A stretch of DNA of 64,000 bases from an uncultured virus (IMG/VR IMGVR_UViG_3300033149_005651) (IMGVR_UViG_3300033149_005651); one strand, 5' to 3'; counted from the first letter of the stretch, positions 30,445 to 41,120 are shown. A program made the numbers and translations. The notes: generated from the sequence alone by a model not told the origin.

Positions 30445-31069
30445 ATCTAACCCAAAAACAGATCAGATCCAAACCATTTGCAAAGACCTAACAAAGCCTC
30501 TTCGCGATCTGATGTCGTGTAGCGATAAGATAGCTTAAATGTTCTGACGTCCCATTTAAGAAGTTGTTTCTTTGACTCTTCATCCGGCCCTGTTGTCTCA
30601 ATTTTACGAAGCCAGTAATCATTGCTATCATTGAGTTGCCACTTTTTCCCATCTTCTTGCCAATATGGGGGTAATTTATTCTCACCATCCCAAGATGGGC
30701 TAACAAGTCCTAAACACATTGCAACTCGGCAAGCAACTGCTCGATCATCCCACCGATTGCGAATCTTAAATGTAAAATCAGCCATCATCTCTCCTTTTTA
30801 ACACAACTTTGTCTTCTTCTATCGAAACATGATGAGAGTGAAATGAAAAGAGGACCGCCCCCCGATGTGCAGGGGGACGGCCCTCAGTCGCAGGACGCTC
30901 AGCCGTAAAAGTTGGTCTATCGATCCATTCAACCCTTAATGCACCGAACCTGCAATACATTAACCATTGTCGTTTATAACAACGAGTACAGACACGACGA
31001 CCGCGATCTGTTACCCATTTGTGCCCAAATATGCGGCACAGTAAAAATCGGAATCGTTCTGACATCTTA

Positions 31070-31375
31070 TTACTCCACAAGATCTGGATCTCTGTACACA
31101 GCAATAACATCATCTATTGGGATAACAAACCGATTATTATCCCCATCAAGTTCGACAGGAATAGCATCCCTTGGATCAACAATAACTTTATCATATTGTT
31201 TAATCGGTAATTCAGCGTTGTTTTCGATATCTGGCGAAACAGCTAAAACGCGACCGGTCAAAACTTCTGTCTTAGCACTATCTGGGAGTACAATTCCACC
31301 TTTTGTCGTACCTTTGGCGTTGTCCTTCAAGAACAGAATTCGACCACCAAGTGGAATGATCACATGTTCAGGCAT
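31070..31375 (-). CDS. groES: Co-chaperonin GroES-like protein
   Basis: PLGGRIL, TTKGGIVLPDSAK, GRVLAV; SD GGAGG before MPEH. Confidence 0.9.
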   Translation of the reverse strand: MPEHVIIPLGGRILFLKDNAKGTTKGGIVLPDSAKTEVLTGRVLAVSPDIENNAELPIKQYDKVIVDPRDAIPVELDGDNNRFVIPIDDVIAVYRDPDLVE

Positions 31376-31397
31376 TACGCGATTTCCTCCTTGGAAA

Positions 31398-31976
31398 CTA
31401 TTCATTATTAAGAACAAGTATTCTTGCCGAAAGATTATTTATATAAGATTTCATGATTGTAGAAATTGCCTTTCGAGCAATTTGGTTAGCACTACAAGGA
31501 TCACCGAGTGCGATCTTATCAATATGAATTATCGTTTCACTACCATGATCTTTTCGCCCTCGGTTTCGTCTACCTTTTGTGATCCGAATTATTTTATACA
31601 AACGAAACACAGTCCCAGAATCATAAATAAAATCAGGGCATCTATGATAAGACTTCGAAATCGATCTGCAAGTTTGCTTCCATCCTTCTCCAGACCAATA
31701 ACTAAGAATTAAATTATGGCCTTCAATTTCACATTTAATAAATCGTAAGGATTTTTGGTGAATTTTGATTTTGATATAACACATTCTATTAGTATAGAAA
31801 TTTGTCATGTGGTCAATGAAAAAATCCGTCGGAGACTGATTAACCAATGGGTGCATTGACTGCATATAATCATTAATAGTCAAAAGTGGGATCACCGGCT
31901 CAATTCGCCACCCATTCGTCAAAGACCGCAGGTGATCAATAAAATCAAGAGTTGCAACTCCTAACATATTCATCAT
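31398..31976 (-). CDS. DP-motif family protein
   Basis: IALGDPCSANQI. Confidence 0.7.
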   Translation of the reverse strand: MMNMLGVATLDFIDHLRSLTNGWRIEPVIPLLTINDYMQSMHPLVNQSPTDFFIDHMTNFYTNRMCYIKIKIHQKSLRFIKCEIEGHNLILSYWSGEGWKQTCRSISKSYHRCPDFIYDSGTVFRLYKIIRITKGRRNRGRKDHGSETIIHIDKIALGDPCSANQIARKAISTIMKSYINNLSARILVLNNE

Positions 31977-32427
31977 GCAAATCCTCTAAAAACTCGTCAA
32001 GAACAGTCATCATAGCCGGGTCGCTAATTAATTGTGCATATTGTTTGATCACAAGCGATAAATGGTATCTGTTAGCGTCGGTGTGGTCTATGATACCAGT
32101 AATTGATACAACATTGGTTTCTAAATTGATCAAAATCCGAGTTATTTTTAGAGTTCTTTTAGCACCGGTCAACCCAACGCAACAATACTCAAGAAATTGT
32201 GAAACACGTTCTGTGCCTCGTCTTTTATTTTTTAAGAAATTGATGATATGATCTTTGAGTACTGTGTAAAACACACGGCTCTCAGATTCACCTCTATATT
32301 GCCACCCAGCGGTTTTAGCTGCTCGTTCTTCTTGCCGCTTTCTTGCTAATTCACGTTGGGCTCGACGGCGCTTTTTCGCTCTTTCTTTCTTTACTTTCGA
32401 TGTTAAACGTGTCCCGCTTCTACTCAT
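31945..32427 (-). CDS. DP-motif family protein with a basic N-terminus
   Basis: QLISDPAMMTVL. Confidence 0.7.
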   Translation of the reverse strand: MSRSGTRLTSKVKKERAKKRRRAQRELARKRQEERAAKTAGWQYRGESESRVFYTVLKDHIINFLKNKRRGTERVSQFLEYCCVGLTGAKRTLKITRILINLETNVVSITGIIDHTDANRYHLSLVIKQYAQLISDPAMMTVLDEFLEDLHDEYVRSCNS

Positions 32428-32848
32428 TTGATTTGTCTTCGTTTTCTGTCCAGTTTTCGTCTTCTTCTTCGGCTAGGGTCATGCCTTCGTAGGGTGGTGG
32501 GTTGGTTGGTGGGTAGGGTAGGCCGTCTGCACAGCATTTTTCTCCTGGATACCATGGTAGGCTTATACAAAAGGCGACTTTTTTGCTGCTGAATGATGGT
32601 GGAGGCACAAGTGCGGCCATCAATGAATTATTGTCGCCTGCATCATCCATTTCACCGATGAAGAGATAGTGGGTTCTATCCTCTGAAATGCGATAGAAGA
32701 AAGATCTATCTTCTTCGGCGGCGGCGTCTGGATTGGTTGGCGGATTGATTGGTTTTTTGACCATTTTGTGCTTTCGGCGGGGGTTGGTTAGTCTTGTTGC
32801 AGGTTAGGAATATTACACCAATCACTTGTTGCAAAACAGCGGAAGTCG

Positions 32849-33826
32849 TTAATTCTTAAGGATATAATCCACAAATTGTATCTTTAATATTTTGATAGCA
32901 ACTTCAGGCGTAACCGGATTAGCCCAATTGATGTTGATTATTCGATCGATATGGTTTATGACAAATTCCGGGGGTGCTTCGGACACAACTTCTTTACTAA
33001 TCGTCTTAAGTCCAGCACGCATAAACCAATTCTCATAAGTAGCCATCGGCTTAATTATTTTTAGAACTTGGTCTAGTTTAAGACCATTTTCAACCAATTC
33101 ATCTTGTGTTAAAAGAAGATGGAGATGACTCAGATTAATCTGTTCATAAAGATGACCACCATGTTTTGCTGTCCACGGATGACATCTACAATAAATAACA
33201 CCATCATCAGCTAATAACGAGGCAAGCGTCTTCATCGTTTCGCCAGGATCTACTGCTTGAAGATGATCAATCACATCATATAAGAGAATTAAGTCATAAG
33301 GACCTTGCTGTATGATATCATCATAATCATCCGTCAATTTTATAGTATCAAGTTGCTTTTTATCCCACCCTTGATGCATTTTAGGATCGAATCCTAACAC
33401 GCTTTCAGCTTGGTGTGCTAATTCGAAAGCAGTATGTCCTTCGCCACATCCAAAGTCTAATATTCGTTTACCAGCATGATCAACATGGTCGGCGGGTAAA
33501 AGACCAACAATCTGCATCGCCCGAAATTCCTTTTCGGATTCATCAGCAGTGGCAGAAACTATCAAATTCTGATCAACGCATGGAGGCCATGTTGTGTCAG
33601 CAAGATCTGGGGGTGGTCCTAATTCAATCGGCACTGTGGGGATATTTTGTTCAACGGGGGCCTTATCAGCGGGGGTCTTATCGGGGGGTGCAGGCTGGGA
33701 TCGTAAGAGATTTCTTGTTAATCGAAGTGTCCCTACCAGCATTGATTCTAGTTTACGAAGTTTTTCGATTTGATCCATTAGATTAATCGCCTTTGCTAAC
33801 GTCCCACGGAAACGCCGTCTTGACAT
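32849..33826 (-). CDS. Class I SAM-dependent methyltransferase
   Basis: ILDFGCGEG, YDLILLYDVIDH, HPW...GGHL. Confidence 0.88.
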   Translation of the reverse strand: MSRRRFRGTLAKAINLMDQIEKLRKLESMLVGTLRLTRNLLRSQPAPPDKTPADKAPVEQNIPTVPIELGPPPDLADTTWPPCVDQNLIVSATADESEKEFRAMQIVGLLPADHVDHAGKRILDFGCGEGHTAFELAHQAESVLGFDPKMHQGWDKKQLDTIKLTDDYDDIIQQGPYDLILLYDVIDHLQAVDPGETMKTLASLLADDGVIYCRCHPWTAKHGGHLYEQINLSHLHLLLTQDELVENGLKLDQVLKIIKPMATYENWFMRAGLKTISKEVVSEAPPEFVINHIDRIININWANPVTPEVAIKILKIQFVDYILKN

Positions 33827-33910
33827 TTCCTTTGCATTTTTAAAATAAAATCGTCTCTCTGGACCCTCCTCTACCGAAGATTCACTCCGGTGAAGAAAAA
33901 GCCCTTCCTT

Positions 33911-34396
33911 TCAATGTGGATCAATAATAATATGCCCACTACGCATTTTCTCGATAGATTTCACGATTTTCTGAGCCATAATTTCTGTAGAATCGGGTGC
34001 ATCCAATAAACTATAAATACCACCACAAACTACCGATCGCGTCTGTTTATATCTAGAATTCCAAGACATGCCATAATATACTTTGCATTCTATGAAGATT
34101 TTACCATTATATTTATGGTACATTGATGAACCGTTCCAGAGTTCATTATCAATCTTCAATACGATTGTGTAATAACCACCACCATCATATTTCTGCTGCA
34201 TTACCCAATCATTTGGTTGGTAATGCTTAGACTGGCGGAGGAAGAATATCGCACGCGGTGGGCTTTTATAAGACGACGGTGTGATACCGCTATCATGAAT
34301 TTCAAAAGACATTTGATTTTTATCCAACAGATGTTGGATATCATCTCGCAGGAGATGACTTACTGCTCGTGTCAGTTGTTTGTCTTTGTGAAGCAT
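33911..34396 (-). CDS. Hypothetical protein (DP-like C-terminus)
   Basis: YSLLDAPDSTEIM. Confidence 0.68.
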   Translation of the reverse strand: MLHKDKQLTRAVSHLLRDDIQHLLDKNQMSFEIHDSGITPSSYKSPPRAIFFLRQSKHYQPNDWVMQQKYDGGGYYTIVLKIDNELWNGSSMYHKYNGKIFIECKVYYGMSWNSRYKQTRSVVCGGIYSLLDAPDSTEIMAQKIVKSIEKMRSGHIIIDPH

Positions 34397-34743
34397 GAAG
34401 AAGAGCTGATGTTTCTTGTAGATCTGTTAATGATACATTGGCAAGATTTGATAACATAGTCATAGTTGTGGCGTTGACCACTGACCACACAGCATCTTCC
34501 CAAATTATATATTGCGAACAATGTTTCTCATGTAAAATAGATGCTAAGACAACAATATTCGCAGATGGGTCTGATAATTCTTCATCTTCTATTTCTATAG
34601 TCAAAAAGGCAGATCCACAAGTAGTAATCCTATTAACAATCCTACAAATGCGATATAATCTCGCATTTGTAAAATTAGCCAAATCGATATCTAAACTATC
34701 AACGTCAAGATTTGTTTTGGTTATGCTAAGTTGTTGTTTCATA

Positions 34744-35106
34744 TTAACCAGCTGCAGAAACTACCTGAAAAACAGGTGATTCTTCCGCTTTGCCGGAATC
34801 CAATGTAATATCCCTACCGACAGCTTTGGCGATCAACAAAACTGTGCGATATTGCGGTCGTTTGGTCCACCTTTCCCCCAGATTAACAACTGTAGCATAC
34901 GCAAGCCCCGATCGTTCGGACAATTCAGCCCAAGCTTGCATACCAAATTCATCCGTCGCCGCCTCAAACAATTCATCAAGAATTTTATCAAGCTGATCGT
35001 AATAAAATTGATGCTTATTACGATCTTTTTTCTCGATTTGTCGTTCATAAAAATCGATAAATTTGATTGTACGGGTCACACTTGTTCTCCGGAAAAGGGT
35101 AAACAC
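34744..35106 (-). CDS. Xre-like helix-turn-helix protein
   Basis: WAELSERSGLAYATVVNL...PQYRTVLLIAKAVG. Confidence 0.75.
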   Translation of the reverse strand: MFTLFRRTSVTRTIKFIDFYERQIEKKDRNKHQFYYDQLDKILDELFEAATDEFGMQAWAELSERSGLAYATVVNLGERWTKRPQYRTVLLIAKAVGRDITLDSGKAEESPVFQVVSAAG

Positions 35107-35614
35107 TAACTAAAAATCAAGAGACAACTCTTTAGACGTAAAAGTACCATTCTCGATAAGCTTTTTAATAATCGCAAGCCTAGCTATGACCATAGCATCG
35201 CAAAGCGAACCACATTGCTTTTTTATAAGCCCTTCAATCATCAACACACAACAATCTCGTTCATCTTCAAAACTTTGACAATAAACAAACTCGGGGTGAT
35301 TATTATGCAAAGAATATAAATCCACCCGCAATGGTTCTGAATCCGCCTCTTCAATAATAAGTTCTTCCCCATCAAACCATGGTTCATAACCACTATGATC
35401 GACAATCGAATATGTAATCGTAGGTCGTTTTAAATCGAATCTTTTCCCACAATAATCGCAAAATCGAGCGACTACAATTTCTACTGTGTGTGATGGTTCA
35501 CCAGTTGTCTCACTATACCGCAATTTACTTGAATAAATGTTCATAATATTCAAATACGTTCGTATTTCAATCCAACAGCGATCGTAAGATCGCTGTGAGT
35601 AGCCAAGACAACGG

Positions 35615-36214
35615 TCAAGAGCCAACCACCCCATTTTTTATCAAGAATTGTGCATAATCTTTACATTGTTGCATAACTTGATCTATAGGGCGATCATCGT
35701 GTATCTTTAGATGTAGCAATGTTTGCCAGCCGTTGTTGGTGAAAATTTGTAATTTTCGGCTGATGCTACCAATGAAATCAAAACTCACTCGGAGCATTTT
35801 GCCATTGTGAAACAGGTGTGGCATTCCTTCCGCTTCTTGCCAGTCTTTTATTTCAGATTCGGGTTCGAGACTAGCACCACCATCGACTTTTTTCTTGAGA
35901 TTACGATCGGATTCAGATTTGGGTTCAGATTTGGGTTGCAATAATCGAAGTTCTTTCTCCGATCCTGAGCCACGAATTTCAACAAGTCCTCGTCTTTTAG
36001 CACTGTTCATAACCCTGCTGATAAGACGATATTTCCCATACTTAATCTGAAAACGGAGTTCTTGTTTACAGTCTGATCTTATCGTATACCGATAAGTTCG
36101 TGTGGCAACTTCTGGGGATATATGATCAGCCAGAAATATAAATTCTCTGAAATGGTGCCATTCGTTATTTTCTAGGATTTCGAGCACCGATTCGTGGCTT
36201 ATCATCGGTTTCAT
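35615..36214 (-). CDS. Hypothetical protein, possible winged helix
   Basis: MNSAKRRGLVEIRG. Confidence 0.65.
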   Translation of the reverse strand: MKPMISHESVLEILENNEWHHFREFIFLADHISPEVATRTYRYTIRSDCKQELRFQIKYGKYRLISRVMNSAKRRGLVEIRGSGSEKELRLLQPKSEPKSESDRNLKKKVDGGASLEPESEIKDWQEAEGMPHLFHNGKMLRVSFDFIGSISRKLQIFTNNGWQTLLHLKIHDDRPIDQVMQQCKDYAQFLIKNGVVGS

Positions 36215-37197
36215 TTACTCTTTTTTCCTTTCTTTACCCATTGTTTGCATTGACCAATCAATGGTTTCATGCGTTCGTTGATTTCATCCCATTCATTCAA
36301 GAATCTTTGGGCTTCGATCAAGTCAAGGGAAAGGTCGTTGACTGTTTTGATTGGTTTTCCCTTCTTGCCTATTGTTAGTAACCTAAGATGCTTCTTGAAC
36401 AAATTAAACATTTTGGTCTTGTTCAAAGAAGTTCGCGGTGCTTTAGGCAACGCAGCCATTTCGGCCAAATTGCTACTCCATTGGGCAAGGATCGTATGCA
36501 TAGATCGCTCTGATCCAGCAGCTTTAATTTCTCTTACCATATCACTAACTCTATCGGCAGACATTTTATATGTCCCCGCTAGACGGGCAGCTTCATAAAC
36601 TACATCCGTGACCACGGCGATAAGATTTAAAGCATTGAGGCTCGAAATAGACAGATGGTCGGTGTTGATATTGGCCAATTCGAGCTTTTCACCCAATTTC
36701 TTAGCTCTGATCATGTATTGAGCTTTTTGAGGCTGTATCGAGCACGAATTAGCAAGCTCAGTAAGAGAAGTCCCGTAAGTCGTATGCATATAATAAATAT
36801 GCTCAAATATTTCTTCATCGGTTTGCCCTTTACCCTCAAGAGCATTATCAGACCTAGTGATGATTTCGGCGATTTCATCGCCGCATTCGATGATATATCC
36901 GCCAACGGTTTTGAGTTTATTCTTTTTAGCCGCATCGATCCGATGGTTACCAGCTAAAACAAAATACTTAACGGTTCCGACGTTACGCACGGTAACACCC
37001 GGAACCGATCGCCCCGAAGCAAGAGAGACAGCGATCTTTCCAGAATGCACTGTATCCATTTGGCATTCGACCCGTGCATTATTTCTTTTCGATTTCTCGA
37101 TATCGATCATGCTTAGGCTAATGCGATCCTGCCATTTGAATTTAGCATTGAATCTGATGAATATATCTTCGCGAACTTTATCATGTACCCACGCCAT
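36211..37197 (-). CDS. ParB/Srx-like N-terminal domain plus HTH protein
   Basis: YFVLAGNHRIDAAK; SLTELANSCSIQPQKA. Confidence 0.75.
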   Translation of the reverse strand: MAWVHDKVREDIFIRFNAKFKWQDRISLSMIDIEKSKRNNARVECQMDTVHSGKIAVSLASGRSVPGVTVRNVGTVKYFVLAGNHRIDAAKKNKLKTVGGYIIECGDEIAEIITRSDNALEGKGQTDEEIFEHIYYMHTTYGTSLTELANSCSIQPQKAQYMIRAKKLGEKLELANINTDHLSISSLNALNLIAVVTDVVYEAARLAGTYKMSADRVSDMVREIKAAGSERSMHTILAQWSSNLAEMAALPKAPRTSLNKTKMFNLFKKHLRLLTIGKKGKPIKTVNDLSLDLIEAQRFLNEWDEINERMKPLIGQCKQWVKKGKKSK

Positions 37198-37208
37198 CTG
37201 CTTCTCCC

Positions 37209-38729
37209 TTACTTACGGTTTTGTAACACAGCCATTTTCTCAACGAATTGCTGGACATCTTGATGTTGCCCTAACCATTTGATGAGTTCGTCTCGCTCAT
37301 TAACAAGAGCGTCAAATTCCCCCAAAAGTTGAACAACGACCTCGTGCCGAGTTTTCTTCTGTTCTAATTCTTCGACCAAACTAAACAATTCATCAAACGA
37401 TCTTTTGCCTTTAGTTGCATCCTTTTCTTTGGTAACTATCGATTTTGGTTTTGTCATGCTTTTGAGCGATCCATTGGGTTCTGGTTCAACTGGTTTTATA
37501 ACTGGCTTGGGTTGCCACTCGACACGAACACCTTTAATTGCATCAGGTTTTATCTCCTTGGGCTTTGTTACAACCGATTTGGTGGTGTTAATTTTTGACT
37601 TCGGCTTCGGTGGTTCAATACCTAAGAAACGATATCCTTCCTCCCACATACAATACCCAATCGATACCTTATCTCCGCGAGTATTGGTACCAGCATGAGC
37701 ATAGATATAATTTTTCTCTTGTAAAAGTCGCATGATCCCACTAAGAGAAACAACCTTCTTAGCCTTCCATTGACGACAGATCCCGTCCCTCACATCTTCT
37801 GTTACAAAACGCGCTGGAGCGAACTCATAACCATCACCCTCTAAAAGCACCTTGCCAACAACGAAATATTTCTTTTGTGCTCTCTCCCACGCATCATTAT
37901 TGCTATGAGCGTCGATAGAATCTTTAACCATCGAAAGAGCTATAGCAATCCTTTCATCGTTTTTAGTGAATTTAATTAACGAAAGCTTGCCCTTACTATC
38001 AGGGGTCGGATTGAATCCATCAACAGCCGGAAGCAATATCTTGCGGCTCACAATCGCGGAATAATCAGCAGAAGAAGTGCAGATCACACGCACCATCTGA
38101 CCAATATGAATCACTTCATCCAAATCGTCAAAATATTGATGACTAATGTCTACATCGGCACATTTTGCATCGCGATATTTTGCTGGATTATCCGGGAAAA
38201 TAGAAATAGACACCGTGTCTTTTGTATATGACGAAATTTTCCCTAGATAAATTTCACCCTTTTCGGCTCTATCGATTGGAGTGCCATCAGATTTTTTCGG
38301 AACCACTGTAACACCAGACAATTTTTGATAAACTTCAGAGCAATCCAAATCAGCTGGAGGTATTAAAGTTCCTCCGTACACTGATTTGCGATCACTATGG
38401 GTCTTGACGATGATTTTGATACCTTGTGTTTCAGAATTTTTCACCATGGTAATACATTTAGCCATAAAGTCTTTTGAGCCTCTGTAGTTCATCAAACGCT
38501 CAATAGAACTCCACCGCCAAATGCCTTTATAACCAACTTTGTCAAGTTCATCAACAATAATCGCCTTACCGGCGCTCTGCATCCTATTAGTCATGCTAAT
38601 AGGAATATTGTCAAATGTCAATGTCAATGGTAAGTTAGCAATTTGTCGCAAATCCTGTTGTAAACCATTTATCGTTGCTTGGTTTGATACGTTCCGAAAA
38701 TTTGATTTACGTTTTCTTCTTCGCTTCAT
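37209..38729 (-). CDS. Large protein with an S1-like OB-fold RNA-binding domain
   Basis: GEIYLGKISS...DISHQYFDDLDEVIHIGQMVRVI. Confidence 0.65.
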   Translation of the reverse strand: MKRRRKRKSNFRNVSNQATINGLQQDLRQIANLPLTLTFDNIPISMTNRMQSAGKAIIVDELDKVGYKGIWRWSSIERLMNYRGSKDFMAKCITMVKNSETQGIKIIVKTHSDRKSVYGGTLIPPADLDCSEVYQKLSGVTVVPKKSDGTPIDRAEKGEIYLGKISSYTKDTVSISIFPDNPAKYRDAKCADVDISHQYFDDLDEVIHIGQMVRVICTSSADYSAIVSRKILLPAVDGFNPTPDSKGKLSLIKFTKNDERIAIALSMVKDSIDAHSNNDAWERAQKKYFVVGKVLLEGDGYEFAPARFVTEDVRDGICRQWKAKKVVSLSGIMRLLQEKNYIYAHAGTNTRGDKVSIGYCMWEEGYRFLGIEPPKPKSKINTTKSVVTKPKEIKPDAIKGVRVEWQPKPVIKPVEPEPNGSLKSMTKPKSIVTKEKDATKGKRSFDELFSLVEELEQKKTRHEVVVQLLGEFDALVNERDELIKWLGQHQDVQQFVEKMAVLQNRK

Positions 38730-38738
38730 TGTTACTCC

Positions 38739-39338
38739 TTATGACAATTTTCTTCCGATGGCCTCTTCGACTTTCTGAGTCAATTTATAAAGAGGATGGC
38801 TGGAAGTAACAATTTGACGGGTGATAATATAATTCGCATCTTGAACATCAAATGTTTTATCAGCCGCAAACACAAATTTGAAACGATTGCGACCATCATA
38901 TTTTATACGTGTCTCAAAGTTGACTAACAAACCCGGATTACAAGCAGGATTGAATAATCGATCCTCGTCGATGTGTGTAAAGCTGTTATCATCGGCAAAC
39001 TCGACCCACTGTAATTCATGACACTTATTAGAAGTGCCTACGATAGCAGCTTCGATGCACATAGCTTCAAACCGAGCGTGATCGATTTTATTCCCGTGCG
39101 CATCTTTATCTGTATATCCTTTTCGCTGCTTCTCGTAGAACTTGTTATCGATAAAGTTAGCGGCAGCATAATTGCTACCAAAGTGTTTCTCTTGCGATTG
39201 TCCTTTCGTTCCGAGCCGACCCCATCTAATGTGTGCTATCCCAGTGCTATCATCATAATGAGCAGCCCAGAATTTATTATGACCAGCACTTTGCTGTACA
39301 ACAATCCGCTCTTCTTTATATCGATCTTGCCACGCCAT
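38739..39338 (-). CDS. WGR-domain protein
   Basis: HNKFW...RWGRLGTKGQ...EKQRKGY. Confidence 0.88.
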   Translation of the reverse strand: MAWQDRYKEERIVVQQSAGHNKFWAAHYDDSTGIAHIRWGRLGTKGQSQEKHFGSNYAAANFIDNKFYEKQRKGYTDKDAHGNKIDHARFEAMCIEAAIVGTSNKCHELQWVEFADDNSFTHIDEDRLFNPACNPGLLVNFETRIKYDGRNRFKFVFAADKTFDVQDANYIITRQIVTSSHPLYKLTQKVEEAIGRKLS

Positions 39339-39422
39339 GATTTTTCCTTCCATTCTATGATTTGTTATCTATAATTATTATTACAAGACCAACCTATGGG
39401 TTAAATACAGACAAAATACAGC

Positions 39423-39452
39423 AATAGCCCAAGGAATAATCCCTGGGCTATT
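39423..39452 (-). terminator. Intrinsic terminator-like hairpin
   Basis: AATAGCCCA...TGGGCTATT inverted repeat. Confidence 0.6.
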
Positions 39453-39474
39453 AATCATGCTTTCAATTGCTTCA

Positions 39475-39897
39475 TTAACCAGCAAGGCTTTTAGCCACTG
39501 CGCCAGGATCTTTCTGCAAATCATCGACATATTTATCGAAAACATCCTTTGACACTGTCATTATTTGATCCAGACTCCAAGTTTTTGTTGTTGGTTTGGT
39601 TGGCTTATATGGACCAACCCATATAATGCAGGTAATTTCAGCAGTCTTATTTGATTCAAAAGCGAAAATCGCACTTTGAACATCCGGAATCCATTGTCCA
39701 TCTTGATTCAAAATGATGAATTTACTAGGTTCCGAATCACAAATTATGCAAAATACTGACGCAGCAGCAGCACTATTGATTGTGATAGCTGGGGTGTTAA
39801 CAATCGCATCTTCCGGATTCAAATTAATTTCGGCATCTTGAGCAAACAATGCTCCTATACCCAAAACCAGAACCAAAGCTAAAGCGAGCCATTTCAT
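39475..39897 (-). CDS. Secreted or membrane protein with a signal peptide
   Basis: MKWLALALVLVLGIGALFA-Q. Confidence 0.75.
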   Translation of the reverse strand: MKWLALALVLVLGIGALFAQDAEINLNPEDAIVNTPAITINSAAAASVFCIICDSEPSKFIILNQDGQWIPDVQSAIFAFESNKTAEITCIIWVGPYKPTKPTTKTWSLDQIMTVSKDVFDKYVDDLQKDPGAVAKSLAG

Positions 39898-39922
39898 GTT
39901 TCTACTCCAAAAATTGTTTGCA

Positions 39923-40423
39923 TCAAAAAGTAGGACGATCAACAAGATGTTCGGTGAATACTTCACTCGAAACTTGATTTGTTACTGTGTTATAATTGCT
40001 AGTATTAAAATACCATGCATCTGTTTCATCTTTACAAAATTCATTCATTAAATCTAAACCAACAACTTTTGCAATCGGTAAAAAACAATGAGGACAACTA
40101 CTCCAACCATATTTTTCTAGTATTTCGAATTCCATAGATTCATGCGTATCCATTTGGAACAAATCCAAGAAGCATTCTTCTGGAGTTTTAGGATTTCCCC
40201 CATATTTAACACAATACTCTGACATTTCGATAGAATATTCTTTGAACGCTATTTTAAATAATTCTGCTACTTCTGTTGGATTTTTATCTTTTTCGACAAT
40301 AAAGTAAAAAGGAATAACAGCAACAGAAGCCCCTTCAATGTGCCCTTTCGCAAGCAATACAAGGTACTGCTTCCATCCTTTTTTTCTTAATTCTTGATAA
40401 GATTCGAAATATTGTTTACCCAT
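39923..40423 (-). CDS. Hypothetical protein
   Basis: 166-aa ORF. Confidence 0.7.
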   Translation of the reverse strand: MGKQYFESYQELRKKGWKQYLVLLAKGHIEGASVAVIPFYFIVEKDKNPTEVAELFKIAFKEYSIEMSEYCVKYGGNPKTPEECFLDLFQMDTHESMEFEILEKYGWSSCPHCFLPIAKVVGLDLMNEFCKDETDAWYFNTSNYNTVTNQVSSEVFTEHLVDRPTF

Positions 40424-40479
40424 CGCTAAGTCTTCAAAGAAAGGTTATTGTAAAAGTGCTTAATTTTCAATACATAAAT

Positions 40480-40790
40480 CAAGGTCGCCAAATATTCCAT
40501 TTTTGACGACCTTGCTAAACCCTATTTGGCGGAGATCTTGGACGAATTAGCTTCCTGCCATCGTCTCACTCCTATTATAATATTTTAACATTTTACGGCG
40601 ATGCTCTAATTTTCATAATAGTTTCCCTTTGTCTTGTCTTGTTTTGTTAAATTTTGTTGTGACATCAAAAATCATATGGGGATCATGGACCTTGGTCTTA
40701 CCCCTATTTTCTACACCATCAGTTCCATCTGATGTTACTCATTCGGAGATCCTGGACGAACTTATGGTCCTACCGTCGTCTTACCCCTTA
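40480..40790 (-). ncRNA. Candidate structured RNA with three kink-turn-like hairpins and a 13-bp hairpin
   Basis: Three repeats GGRG-URA-GAC..GUC-CAN-GAU-CYCC with compensatory changes; G.U pairs favour the minus strand. Confidence 0.55.
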
Positions 40791-40803
40791 GTATTTTTAC
40801 TTT

Positions 40804-40870
40804 ACTGTAACTTGTGTTTCTTCTACTACTACTGTAACTTGTTTCTTCTACTTGTGTTTCTTCTATTACT
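40804..40870. repeat. Low-complexity tandem repeats (ACTGTAACTTGT / TTTCTTCTA)
   Basis: Directly visible. Confidence 0.7.
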
Positions 40871-40955
40871 CAATTTCTTTTGCTTCTTTTTCTGTTCCCC
40901 TTTCTAAAGAACTTTTAAAGTACAACTATAAAATACGTAAAGATAAAAGCACTAC

Positions 40956-41108
40956 CTATTCCTTAGGATCTCGCAATTCTTCCTTATCGCATATTATATG
41001 TGCACCAAACAGCGTCATAACTTTAACATCATTATTATCAATCGAAAGAAGTGTTACCAATTCCCCGCGATAATCATATTCGTTGCCTACTATAAGAGAA
41101 TTCATCAT
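40956..41108 (-). CDS. Small hypothetical protein (50 aa, not in the track)
   Basis: SD GGAG; MMNSLIVGNEYDYRGE... Confidence 0.6.
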   Translation of the reverse strand: MMNSLIVGNEYDYRGELVTLLSIDNNDVKVMTLFGAHIICDKEELRDPKE

Positions 41109-41120
41109 TATTTCTCCGAA

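Noticed and set aside
30912..31712. 266-aa plus-strand ORF
   Set aside because: Antisense to groES and its neighbours; no recognisable motif.
40547..40572. SD plus ATG (GGAG...ATG GCA GGA AGC TAA) as a gene start
   Set aside because: Only four codons; better explained as part of hairpin R1.
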